Below, in pieces: positions 1-7,713 of a DNA stretch of 37,345 nt. A program made the translations under genes and the position numbers. Each line of letters begins with the position of its first letter. Position 1 is the stretch's first letter. Below the pieces are notes generated by a model that saw nothing but the letters and a program-made list of their open reading frames with translations, was not told the DNA's origin and did not search any database. This DNA comes from a virus (taxonomy: Duplodnaviria > Caudoviricetes), in IMG/VR virus record IMGVR_UViG_3300048998_000108, positions 1-37,345 of that record. One strand, 5' to 3'.

Positions 1-24
1 TTAACTTTCATAGGAGCACACATC

Positions 25-204
25 ATGTTCGTGTTCAGGGTCGAAGTCAGGAATGAGAATGACGCCATCATCGAGCGCGTCCTCGTCGTCGCCAGAGATA
101 TCACAGCCGCGCACGAGCGCGCGCTGAAACAACTCTCCAAAGAGTACAAGCCGACGAAACTGCACGCCTCGTCAATCGAGCGGCTGCCTGACAGGGTGAT
201 CTAG
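25..204 (+). CDS. Hypothetical protein, 59 aa (MFVFRVEVRNENDAIIERVLVVARD...)
   Basis: Read by eye (below ORF-track cutoff): AGGAG SD at 12-16, ATG 25, TAG 202-204. Confidence 0.65.
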   Translation: MFVFRVEVRNENDAIIERVLVVARDITAAHERALKQLSKEYKPTKLHASSIERLPDRVI

Positions 205-377
205 TCGGCGGGACGCCTTCCATGTCGAAACAACAATTCTTCGCGCACGTGATCGTCGCGCACACGAAGCCTTCCGCAGACCAAAGCGCGGCGATCCGAC
301 ACCTGCGCGAGTGCGTGCATACCGCGAACGGCTCGATTGCTCTCGAAGGAAAGTTCTAGCGCGAGAAGGTCGCATTT

Positions 378-746
378 ATGAAACTTCCATACTTCCCTTT
401 TTATCCCGGCGACTGGCTGCGCGATCAAGTATCGGGCTGCTCGCTCGCAGCGCAAGGGTTGTGGCTGCGGATGCTTATTCTCATGCACGACAGTGAGAAC
501 TACGGTTACCTCTCGTTGAACGGCGTGCCTATTCCTCCTGAGTCCATCGCCCGCAGGTGCGGATGTCCTCTTGAGCAATACACGACTCTTCTTCAAGAGC
601 TAACCGTAGCAGCGGTCGTGCGCGTGACGGAGCACGGCATCCTCTACTCGAAACGCATGGTCGTGGACGCGAAAGCGCGGTCGAGTGTGGCGGATCGGAA
701 GCGGAAGGAGCGAGAGCGGAGGAAGAAAGGCGGTGAACCGAAATGA
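378..746 (+). CDS. Phage replication initiator N-terminal part (DUF1376/YdaU-like); probably truncated or fragmented
   Basis: MKLPYFPFYPGDWL...AAQGLWLRMLILMH...HTH...SKRMV, followed by basic RKRKERERR, is typical of phage replisome organisers. Confidence 0.75.
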   Translation: MKLPYFPFYPGDWLRDQVSGCSLAAQGLWLRMLILMHDSENYGYLSLNGVPIPPESIARRCGCPLEQYTTLLQELTVAAVVRVTEHGILYSKRMVVDAKARSSVADRKRKERERRKKGGEPK

Positions 747-818
747 CTTAAACAATTTTTTACCCGCGCGCCGTCACGCTCTTGTCACGCCGTTGTCCCG
801 GCTTACGCGCGCGCGGTG

Positions 819-869
819 TCAGTTTCAGTTTCATATTCAGTTTCATATTCAGTTTCAGTTTCAATTTCA
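819..869 (+). repeat. Hexamer tandem repeat (TCAGTT/TCATAT/TCAATT) x8, reading SVSVSYSVSYSVSVSIS in the initiator frame; ori-associated region
   Basis: Seen directly; followed by an AT-rich stretch and a 12-bp inverted repeat TTTGTGTGTGTG (937-948) / CACACACACAAA (1013-1024). Confidence 0.8.
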
Positions 870-1039
870 GAGGCGCGAGTTTGAAAGCACTCGCGCTGTG
901 GACAAATAAATTTCTGATTGAAATTTATTTGAAAATTTTGTGTGTGTGCTTGAGCACTCGGTACGTTGAGTGAGCGCGCGCGGGCGCGCGTGGCAACTCG
1001 GATGCCTCTCGCCACACACACAAATTTGGAGAAAATTCG

Positions 1040-1456
1040 ATGTCAAACGCTTTTGCGCCAACCCCTGTTTCGGATTCACAGGTTGACGACCTGCAAACGA
1101 AGAATCCGAAGCGCAACGTGCGGATGGTCTTGAGAAAATTCATGACGCTCAAAGGTCGCGCGCCGTCGCTCGTCGAACTCGTGCGCTGGGTGGCGACTGA
1201 GACCGATCCGACCACTCTCGCTGACACACGCCCCGCACGCACGATCTCCGACCCGACTTGCCAACAATGCGACGGCACAGGCTTCGTCAAAACCGTGCGG
1301 CGCTACAACGGGGTGGAGATGACGGGCAGGCTCTACACAACCCACGCGGATCGGGATGGCGTGACGCAACGAAAGCTCGTGCGTTGCGATCATCAAACTC
1401 TGCACGTCGATCCGCGTCACGGCGAAGAATTGACGCTGAACGAATGGAGCAACTGA
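1040..1456 (+). CDS. Hypothetical protein with CxxCxGxG motif; possibly the C-terminal part of the replication initiator
   Basis: CQQCDGTGF...VRCDH resembles the C-terminal Zn-binding segment seen in initiator/loader genes; GGAG upstream. Confidence 0.6.
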   Translation: MSNAFAPTPVSDSQVDDLQTKNPKRNVRMVLRKFMTLKGRAPSLVELVRWVATETDPTTLADTRPARTISDPTCQQCDGTGFVKTVRRYNGVEMTGRLYTTHADRDGVTQRKLVRCDHQTLHVDPRHGEELTLNEWSN

Positions 1457-1510
1457 CTTTTCAGCGCGGGCGGAAAAGTTTGACGGGGTTTGACGCGATA
1501 GGGGGTTGTG

Positions 1511-1798
1511 ATGAGTCAACATTTTCGAGGCTACGACGACATTGAGCGCGCGCACGATCTACTCGCCGCGATCATCGCTCAGGACGCGACGGGTTTAGCT
1601 TTGAGCGCAGAGACGCTCTACGCAATCCACTCCGCGCTTGACGTGCTCTGTTGGGTGCTTGTGCATGACCACAACACGGCGTTCGCGGGCAACTTGACGA
1701 TGCTCGAAGAGGCGATCATGGAAGCCGGTTACGTGCCGACAAGACTTCCCCGACCGATGACGCGCACTGAGGCGCGAGAGGAAGGTTACATCGAATGA
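1511..1798 (+). CDS. Hypothetical protein
   Basis: ORF in operon; ATGA overlap with next gene. Confidence 0.7.
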   Translation: MSQHFRGYDDIERAHDLLAAIIAQDATGLALSAETLYAIHSALDVLCWVLVHDHNTAFAGNLTMLEEAIMEAGYVPTRLPRPMTRTEAREEGYIE

Positions 1799-2115
1799 GC
1801 AAACGTCACGCAATCGAAGCAATCCTGAGCGAGAAATCGGATCGGTATCATGATTGGCTCGAAGTCTTCGGCACGAACCGCGTGCCCGTCATCTCGCCGC
1901 TCAGCCGCACGGTTGAATTACCTATCGGCACGCGCGAATGTTTCATGCTCTGCGTCGAAGCGTTGGACTCCGGGCAGCGCGAAAGACTCGTCGCGCATCT
2001 GGCGCGCAAGTTCCCAATCGCGGCTGACATCATCGCCGACGAGTTGCGGCGCAACGGGCTCATGCCGCTACTCGCGGAAGATGTTTTCACGGTCGTTGGC
2101 GCGCGGCTGTTGTGA
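1795..2115 (+). CDS. Hypothetical protein
   Basis: ATGA coupling, protein-like composition. Confidence 0.7.
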   Translation: MSKRHAIEAILSEKSDRYHDWLEVFGTNRVPVISPLSRTVELPIGTRECFMLCVEALDSGQRERLVAHLARKFPIAADIIADELRRNGLMPLLAEDVFTVVGARLL

Positions 2116-2242
2116 GGTGAATCCATGTTCACGTTCGGCTCTCTCTTCTCAGGCGTGGGCGGTATGGATTTAGGTTTAGAGCACGCGGGCTTCGCTTGCG
2201 CGTGGCAGGTGGAGATAGACACGGATGCGAGACGAGTGCTCG

Positions 2243-2643
2243 GTGAATAGCTCCCCGACTTCAAAGAAGGGGCTTCGACAGAAAGACGCAGAAAGTTGAG
2301 AGGTGCTATGAGTACGGAAGAAATCTACGAACAGTTAAAGCGTCATGTGCGCGACGAATTATACAGAGTCCACGTCGGCGGTCATGGCGACGGATGCCCA
2401 CAATGCACGCGCTTAGATTCGACGTGGACGGGTTGCCCCGTCATTGACGAGTTCATGGTCGAGCGCGTCATCAACGTCTGCAACGTCGGCTTACAGGCGA
2501 TAGCTCTGGCGGCACAATCGCCAGCGTCAACGATTTCTATCACGTCGAAGGGCGGCATAGTTGAGGCGCGGATTTGAAAGCATCCGCGCGGTGGCTACGT
2601 TTTCCTCTCCCTCATAAATGAGGGAGTCTCCAACGAGGTTTTG
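2243..2643 (+). mobile_element. Non-autonomous hairpin-ended element, IS200/IS605 superfamily-like (ISC/IscB-type ends), with one cargo ORF
   Basis: Left end GTGAATAGCTCCCCGACTTCAAAGAAGGGGCT (imperfect hairpin); right subterminal hairpin CTCCCTCA-TAAA-TGAGGGAG (2607-2626); no target duplication; interrupts a conserved gene. Confidence 0.75.
2308..2577 (+). CDS. Cargo protein of the insertion, 89 aa, His/Cys cluster (HxxxHxxxCxxC...C)
   Basis: GAGAGGTG SD, ATG 2308; lies wholly within the inserted element. Confidence 0.65.
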   Translation: MSTEEIYEQLKRHVRDELYRVHVGGHGDGCPQCTRLDSTWTGCPVIDEFMVERVINVCNVGLQAIALAAQSPASTISITSKGGIVEARI

Positions 2644-2922
2644 ATAAAAATTTCCCGCGCGCGGCGAAGCTCGCGGACGTGCGCGAAGCGGGAGCGCACA
2701 ACCTCTCCCGCACTACGCTCGTCGCGGGCGGCTTCCCCTGTCAAGACGTTTCCCGCTGCAACCCGCGCGGCGAAAAACTCGAAGGCGCGCGAAGCGGACT
2801 CTGGTCTGAGTTCGCGCGCATCATTGGCGAGCTTCGACCGGCTTACGCACTCATTGAAAACGTCACAGGGCTCTTTAATTCAGGATTCGAGAGAGTGCTC
2901 TGCGACCTTGCCGCGCTCCGGT

Positions 2923-3237
2923 ATGATGCGGAGTGGACGACTCTACGCGCTTCCGACTTCGGCTATCCGCACACGCGCGAGAGGCTATTCATTGTTGCCT
3001 ACCCCGAACGCGAGCGATTGGCTCAAATGTCGGTGTTCGTTGAAAGTTATCGTCGGCATCTTCGCAAGCGTCAAGACGCGCGAGAATTACCGGCAGATTT
3101 CGATGCCGTACATCTTGAAGCTGTCGGGCGTACCTACGTCCGCATACCGGAAAATTTATGCGTGGATGATGGGCTCCCCGCTCGATTGGTGCGACCTCAA
3201 ATCAGGGGATACGGGAACGCGGTCGTGCCTGAAATAG
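2923..3237 (+). CDS. Putative second (beta) subunit of the C5 MTase in an overlapping frame; start uncertain
   Basis: Frame is open 2641-3237; contains LLPTPNASDW and motif-IX-like YAWMMGSPLDW, which the main frame lacks. Confidence 0.55.
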   Translation: MMRSGRLYALPTSAIRTRARGYSLLPTPNASDWLKCRCSLKVIVGIFASVKTRENYRQISMPYILKLSGVPTSAYRKIYAWMMGSPLDWCDLKSGDTGTRSCLK

Positions 3238-3322
3238 CGGAATGGGTAGGGCGACGAATCTACGCGCACGCTCGCCTTGCGGAGAGCGAGGATTGAATTA
3301 CGATTCACGAAAGGAGCACCGC

Positions 3323-3520
3323 ATGAAGACAACAATCGAAGTCAAGTCGAAGAAAGAAGGCGAACTCATCAAGCGTGGACTCGACGATCCGGTGACGCGC
3401 GCCTTCGTCCAAGTCGTCGGATCGCTATTGCCGCTCACGCCGCGTGCGCGCGAGCGCGTTCTTATCTTCGTTAAAGACTCGCTCGACGAGGAAGCGGAAA
3501 AACTCCGCGATCAAGGTTGA
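3323..3520 (+). CDS. Hypothetical protein, 65 aa
   Basis: AAGGAG SD, ATG 3323 (MKTTIEVKSK...). Confidence 0.75.
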   Translation: MKTTIEVKSKKEGELIKRGLDDPVTRAFVQVVGSLLPLTPRARERVLIFVKDSLDEEAEKLRDQG

Positions 3521-3547
3521 TTGATTCTCTAAACTGAAAGGAGCACC

Positions 3548-4159
3548 ATGAATTTGAACACGATCCCCGTCACCGAGCGCGGACAAGCGGCGGCACTCTT
3601 TCGCGCCTACGCCGACGCGCACCGCATCCGTCCGAACGATAACGACCTCGCGCTGATGCGAACCTACCGCGCCATGTCGAAAGGCTTGCGCGTCTTCGAT
3701 CTCGTCGAAGCCTTCCGCGCGACGGGGCTCGACGAGCGGGGACGCCCTCGCCTAGCCGTCGTGCGCGCCGACGCGAGGCGCGCGAACTTCCGCCACACGG
3801 GGCGTGGCGGCGGCGTCTTCGCGCACTTCGATCTGTGGAGGCGCTCGCGCCGCTCGCACGTCTTTCGCGGCGGTCTCTTTTCCCTCCCCGACCAAACATT
3901 CGACACCGCGAAGATTCCCACATTCTCCGGCACCGTCATCTCAGCCGTCGTGCCGACCATCCCGCCAGAGCATCGCCCGACACGCTCGCTCGCCGGTTAT
4001 CAAATCCTCTTCGAGCCCGTGTGGGAAGACGTGCCGCACGATCCGTTTCTCACTCGGCATCTCTACGGATCGCTTTTCGTCATCGTCGCGGAGTGGGATT
4101 TGACGGAAGTCGAGCAGATGATCTTGCGGATGGTCGAAAGGGAAAGGGGTACGCGGTGA
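3548..4159 (+). CDS. Hypothetical phage protein, 203 aa
   Basis: AAAGGAG SD; ends with conserved-looking P.DPFL.RHL...VAEWDLT.VE segment. Confidence 0.8.
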   Translation: MNLNTIPVTERGQAAALFRAYADAHRIRPNDNDLALMRTYRAMSKGLRVFDLVEAFRATGLDERGRPRLAVVRADARRANFRHTGRGGGVFAHFDLWRRSRRSHVFRGGLFSLPDQTFDTAKIPTFSGTVISAVVPTIPPEHRPTRSLAGYQILFEPVWEDVPHDPFLTRHLYGSLFVIVAEWDLTEVEQMILRMVERERGTR

Positions 4160-4392
4160 GTGAGAAGAAAAATAAGAGCTTCAACCTTGAGCCGGGCGAT
4201 CTGCGCCAACGCTCGCCAAACTCGCCGATGCTCGAAGTCGTCGGAGAGGGCGCGGACGCATACCTCTGGATCGGCAACAACGCCGACGACGACAAGGCTT
4301 GCTACGCGACGCTCGGCGGGCGCGCCGACTTGCGGAAGCTCGCGCAGGAGATTCTCGCGCGACTCGACTCCGGCGACTCGACTCCCACGTAG
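4156..4392 (+). CDS. Hypothetical protein, 78 aa
   Basis: GTGA overlap with upstream stop; MSEKKNKSFNLEPGDL... Confidence 0.65.
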   Translation: MSEKKNKSFNLEPGDLRQRSPNSPMLEVVGEGADAYLWIGNNADDDKACYATLGGRADLRKLAQEILARLDSGDSTPT

Positions 4393-4498
4393 CGCGGAAT
4401 TTTATTTCAACTCTTTCTGCTTTTCGCGTATGGTAGTTGTCGGAGCGCACCGGCTCGCAAGGATTCTCCCTCTAACCCGCTTTGCAAGGAGACACCCT

Positions 4499-4717
4499 AT
4501 GAGTCGCGCCCCGTCGGAAAACCGCGCCACACCCGCACGCCGCAACGAAGACGCACACCTTCGGGAGCTTGAGCGGCAGCTTCGCGCCTTCCTCGATTTC
4601 GCGACCGCTCACCCCCTCCACCACTTCTCGCCGGGCGCGCAAAAACTGATCGTCGAAGCTGTGCCCGTCGTCGAGCAGCTCGACGCGATTCGCTGCGTGA
4701 CCCCCTCGAAGAAATAA
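4499..4717 (+). CDS. Hypothetical protein, 72 aa
   Basis: AAGGAG SD, ATG 4499. Confidence 0.65.
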   Translation: MSRAPSENRATPARRNEDAHLRELERQLRAFLDFATAHPLHHFSPGAQKLIVEAVPVVEQLDAIRCVTPSKK

Positions 4718-4795
4718 AGCCCGCCCGCCGACTTATCCTTACCTCCAACGCGACGCGCCCGCGCGCGACTCTTAATTTTCGGAGCGAAGCCCGCG

Positions 4796-5296
4796 ATGAA
4801 CACCGCCACCGCCAGCCACAACCCTTCCCCCGCGCCCGCCACAACCCTTCCCCTTCGTTTCGAGACGACTGAGCAGCGCGCGCGCCGCTCCGAACGTGAC
4901 CGCGCGCGCAAAATGCTGAAACGCGCGCAATCGCCCAACGCCGAGCGTCGCGAGCGTTACCTTGCCCTCGCCGCAGAGCTTGAATCGCTCGCATCAACCG
5001 CGCCGGATGAAACGACGCACGCGGAGTTGAACCGCGAGGTGTATCGCATCCGCTTGCGCGGCTCGCATTCAGAGGAAGCGTGCCGCGAATCGGTCTTCAC
5101 TCACGTCTGTAAATCGGCAGTCGAGTTGTCGCGTAAAGAGATCGCAGAGGATGTCGGGTTGTCGGTCGAAGATGTGCAAGTCGCGCTCGATTATTTGACG
5201 AGCGCGGCGGTTGATGTCGTGGAGATTCTCACGCGGGGCGGGAAGGAAAACTGCGGTCGCAAAGGGACGGTGCTCTACTACCGCGCGCGACACTGA
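4796..5296 (+). CDS. Winged-HTH DNA-binding protein; candidate late-gene regulator
   Basis: LSRKEIAEDVGLSVEDVQVALDYL...beta wing LYYR; last gene before the late control region. Confidence 0.65.
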   Translation: MNTATASHNPSPAPATTLPLRFETTEQRARRSERDRARKMLKRAQSPNAERRERYLALAAELESLASTAPDETTHAELNREVYRIRLRGSHSEEACRESVFTHVCKSAVELSRKEIAEDVGLSVEDVQVALDYLTSAAVDVVEILTRGGKENCGRKGTVLYYRARH

Positions 5297-5306
5297 TACC
5301 GTAATC

Positions 5307-5332
5307 ATACTTATTATACATATAATAAGTAT
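5307..5332. promoter_or_regulatory. Perfect AT-rich palindrome ATACTTATTATA-CA-TATAATAAGTAT
   Basis: 12-bp arms, 2-bp centre; TATAAT on both strands. Confidence 0.6.
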
Positions 5333-5338
5333 CAATTG

Positions 5339-5383
5339 ACGCGCTCGACCCTCGTCGCAAATGGCGAGAAAAGTCGAGCGCGT
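5339..5383 (+). other. Stem-loop (ACGCGCTCGAC / GTCGAGCGCGT) enclosing a 16-bp box at 5352-5367
   Basis: 11-bp perfect outer arms; inner imperfect stem. Confidence 0.6.
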
Positions 5384-5451
5384 TTCCGTTAATGCATACT
5401 AATGAAGATCGATCTACATCTATTCGCTGCTATATGAATTGATAAGTAAGT

Positions 5452-5483
5452 TTCATCCTTCCGCCTTCCGCCTTCATCCTTCA
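5452..5483. repeat. Heptamer tandem repeat TTCATCC/TTCCGCC x4.5
   Basis: TTCATCC TTCCGCC TTCCGCC TTCATCC TTCA. Confidence 0.8.
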
Positions 5484-5640
5484 ATTCGCGTGACCCCTCT
5501 CCGCTAATAAAAAATTCTCTTCGTCTAGTCTCGCTCGTGCAGTCGCGGCGGGCGGCGCATCCGTGCTGGCGACATTGCTTCGCAGCCATGCTTGTTCGCC
5601 CGCCGCGACCGCGCTGCCACAAACGAAGAGAGATCAAGCG

Positions 5641-5958
5641 ATGCCAGACCCACGCCCGAAGAAGACAGCCACCGCCCCGCGACTCCCCGCCGTCTTGCGC
5701 GCCGTCGGGCTTCTCTCTCTTTCAGGCGTCGTCGCCTTCTCGACCTCCGTGTATCACGCGGGCTCGGCAGAAGCCGTGCGCGACTCGCGCATCACCGCCG
5801 TCGAGCAGAAGGTCACGACGCTCGACGAAAACGTTGTCCCGCGTCGCGAGCACGAGGCGCATTGGAAAGCGATTGAGGAGTCGCAGAAGTCAATTCAGAC
5901 GGACGTGCGCGAGATGCGCGAGACGGAAAAGCAAATCCTCTTGAAGCTCACGAAATGA
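5641..5958 (+). CDS. Single-TM plus coiled-coil protein (holin/XhlA-like candidate)
   Basis: Hydrophobic LPAVLRAVGLLSLSGVVAFSTSVY followed by heptad-rich C-terminus; first gene of late operon. Confidence 0.55.
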   Translation: MPDPRPKKTATAPRLPAVLRAVGLLSLSGVVAFSTSVYHAGSAEAVRDSRITAVEQKVTTLDENVVPRREHEAHWKAIEESQKSIQTDVREMRETEKQILLKLTK

Positions 5959-6260
5959 AGCGACTGAAAATCACAACGCAGACCATAGACGCGCTCGATT
6001 GGCAGCCCGTGTACGCCTCTATTGATTGCGACAGTTTGATCTTTACAAACTTGGGTAATGCTTCGCTCGACTTTCGCACGGACGAAGAGGACGCGGGCTC
6101 TTCCGTCTCGATTGTGGCGGGCGTCTCGCAGCCGTTCGCAATGTCATGGACGCGCGGGATTCGCTTTAGTGACGACTTCCGCTTTCACGCCGGCGATTGT
6201 GTCGGTTTCTTCAAAGCGGCGTCCGGCGTTGCGACCCTTAAAACCATCTTCATGCTGTGA
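5955..6260 (+). CDS. Hypothetical beta-rich protein, 101 aa
   Basis: ATGA overlap. Confidence 0.7.
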   Translation: MKRLKITTQTIDALDWQPVYASIDCDSLIFTNLGNASLDFRTDEEDAGSSVSIVAGVSQPFAMSWTRGIRFSDDFRFHAGDCVGFFKAASGVATLKTIFML

Positions 6261-6266
6261 ACGCTT

Positions 6267-7046
6267 ATGAGAATCAACATCAAAGGTAAAAACGTCTCGG
6301 CACTCGCACTGCGCGGGATGCTACGCAAAAGTGGCTTCGTCGTCTCGGAGGCGGGCGCGCTCCTCTCAGTCGCAATCGAAGAGAGCGAGACGGAGAGCTT
6401 CATCGTCGTTGACGGCGTTGACTCGGAGTTGGAACGCCTCGTCGTCAACTCGATTGCGGAGCTATCGTTGACGCCGATCCTCTTGCGTCGTGGCGGCTCA
6501 CGTCAATCGAGCGATCACGAGATCGCGATCACAGTTCCGGCGCGCGACGCGGAGCGCATCGCTGTCGAGCGCGGAGTCTTGCGCGCCCTCATTCGCGCGA
6601 GCGAGCCGAAGAGCGTCGAAGCGTCGCGCGGGCGAGCGACGGGTCGCATCCGACGCTTCCTCGCTCGTTTCTTCGTCGTCCTCTTCGTCGGCACGGGCGT
6701 GCTTCTTGCGCCACAGGCGCACGCACAAGAGTTGACGGTGAATAGATCGAATGAAGCGGCGCAACTCTCGACACCCAAACCTTCACAGGCGCAAGCACTC
6801 GAAATCCGCGACCTGCAATTTCGTCAAGACAAGCTCTTGATCGAGGAGAAGAATTTAGAGATCGAATACGCCCGCGTCGGGCGTGAAGCGCGCGCGCTCG
6901 ACTCGGAGATCGAGCGGGCGGTGCGCCGCGCGGCCGCCGCGCTCCACGTCTCTCTCGACGCCTACCGCTTCGACTTGGACGCGCTCTGTTTCGTGCCGCG
7001 CCCTGCATCGCCGAACCCTTCAATAAAACAGGAGAAGAAAAACTGA
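6267..7046 (+). CDS. Membrane protein: alpha/beta N-domain, internal signal-peptide-like TM, C-terminal coiled coil
   Basis: RIRRFLARFFVVLFVGTGVLLAPQAHA|Q starting at about aa 127. Confidence 0.75.
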   Translation: MRINIKGKNVSALALRGMLRKSGFVVSEAGALLSVAIEESETESFIVVDGVDSELERLVVNSIAELSLTPILLRRGGSRQSSDHEIAITVPARDAERIAVERGVLRALIRASEPKSVEASRGRATGRIRRFLARFFVVLFVGTGVLLAPQAHAQELTVNRSNEAAQLSTPKPSQAQALEIRDLQFRQDKLLIEEKNLEIEYARVGREARALDSEIERAVRRAAAALHVSLDAYRFDLDALCFVPRPASPNPSIKQEKKN

Positions 7047-7711
7047 TGAAAAACATTTCGCGCTTTTGTGCGCTCGCGTTATTCGCGCTCGTCTCTTTCG
7101 CTTCCGTCGCCGACGCGCAACTCGCGCAGTCGGGCGGCGGCGGAAGCTCGCTCACTTCGATCACGCTCGGCGGAAACTCCGTCACCGCGCTCGCGACCGG
7201 CGAGTTGAACACGAACCTTGCGCGCGTCGGAGGCTCAGCCGTCTCGACCGGCAACGGCGTCGCGGGCGTGGGCGTCCAGCGCGTCGCTATCGCCTCCGAC
7301 AACACCGCCTTCTCAGTCAACGCGACTTTGCAGACCGGATCGAACTCAATCGGCAATGTCGGCTTGAACGCGGGCACGAACTTCATCGGCATGGTCGCGC
7401 CGAAAACGACCTGCGGCACGACGCCCGTTGATTCCGGCTTCGTCTCCGTCCCCTCAGCTTCAACCGTCGTCACGAACATGAGCGCGGCGACGTGCGCGGA
7501 GAAGATTCTCGTCTCTAACGTCACGGCTTCGCCCGTGACTTTTAATCTGACGGATAACGCGGGCACGCCGAATGGCTACATCACGAGCTTCTCCATTCCG
7601 GCAAATTCCAATCTCGTCTTCGATCTCGCCGGGATGAAATTCAGTGCCGGAATTAAGTGGTCTGCCGGATCAGCCTCCGCGCTCGTCGGTCAGATCGTCG
7701 GCTGGCAGTAA
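7046..7711 (+). CDS. Exported Gly/Ser/Thr-rich beta protein with Sec signal peptide
   Basis: MKNISRFCALALFALVSFASVADA|Q; AGGAG SD. Confidence 0.8.
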   Translation: MKNISRFCALALFALVSFASVADAQLAQSGGGGSSLTSITLGGNSVTALATGELNTNLARVGGSAVSTGNGVAGVGVQRVAIASDNTAFSVNATLQTGSNSIGNVGLNAGTNFIGMVAPKTTCGTTPVDSGFVSVPSASTVVTNMSAATCAEKILVSNVTASPVTFNLTDNAGTPNGYITSFSIPANSNLVFDLAGMKFSAGIKWSAGSASALVGQIVGWQ

Positions 7712-7713
7712 AG

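Larger units (their letters stand above)
2125..3296 (+). pseudogene. DNA (cytosine-5)-methyltransferase interrupted by a 401-bp insertion (2243-2643)
   Basis: 5' part MFTFGSLFSGVGGMDLGLEHAGFACAWQVEIDTDARRVL (motifs I-II, SD GAGGTG). 3' part DKNFP...DV...GGFPCQD...ENV...RER...YGNAV (motifs III, IV, VI, VIII, X). Joining 2242 to 2644 gives a 256-aa ORF. Confidence 0.9.

Noticed and set aside
222-359. 45-aa ORF (MSKQQFFAHVIVAH...)
   Set aside because: Fits the operon gap but has no convincing SD or motif; too weak to call.
744-973. TGA recoding to rescue the replication gene
   Set aside because: Many genes end in TGA with ATGA/GTGA coupling, so TGA is a normal stop; readthrough alone would not join 378 to the 1040 ORF, which is in another frame.
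2243-2643. Self-splicing intron / IStron interpretation of the MTase insertion
   Set aside because: Only about 65 nt of non-coding sequence on each side of the cargo ORF; no group I or II core is visible.
5307-5332. Protelomerase telRL site
   Set aside because: No protelomerase gene; the phage encodes a serine integrase.
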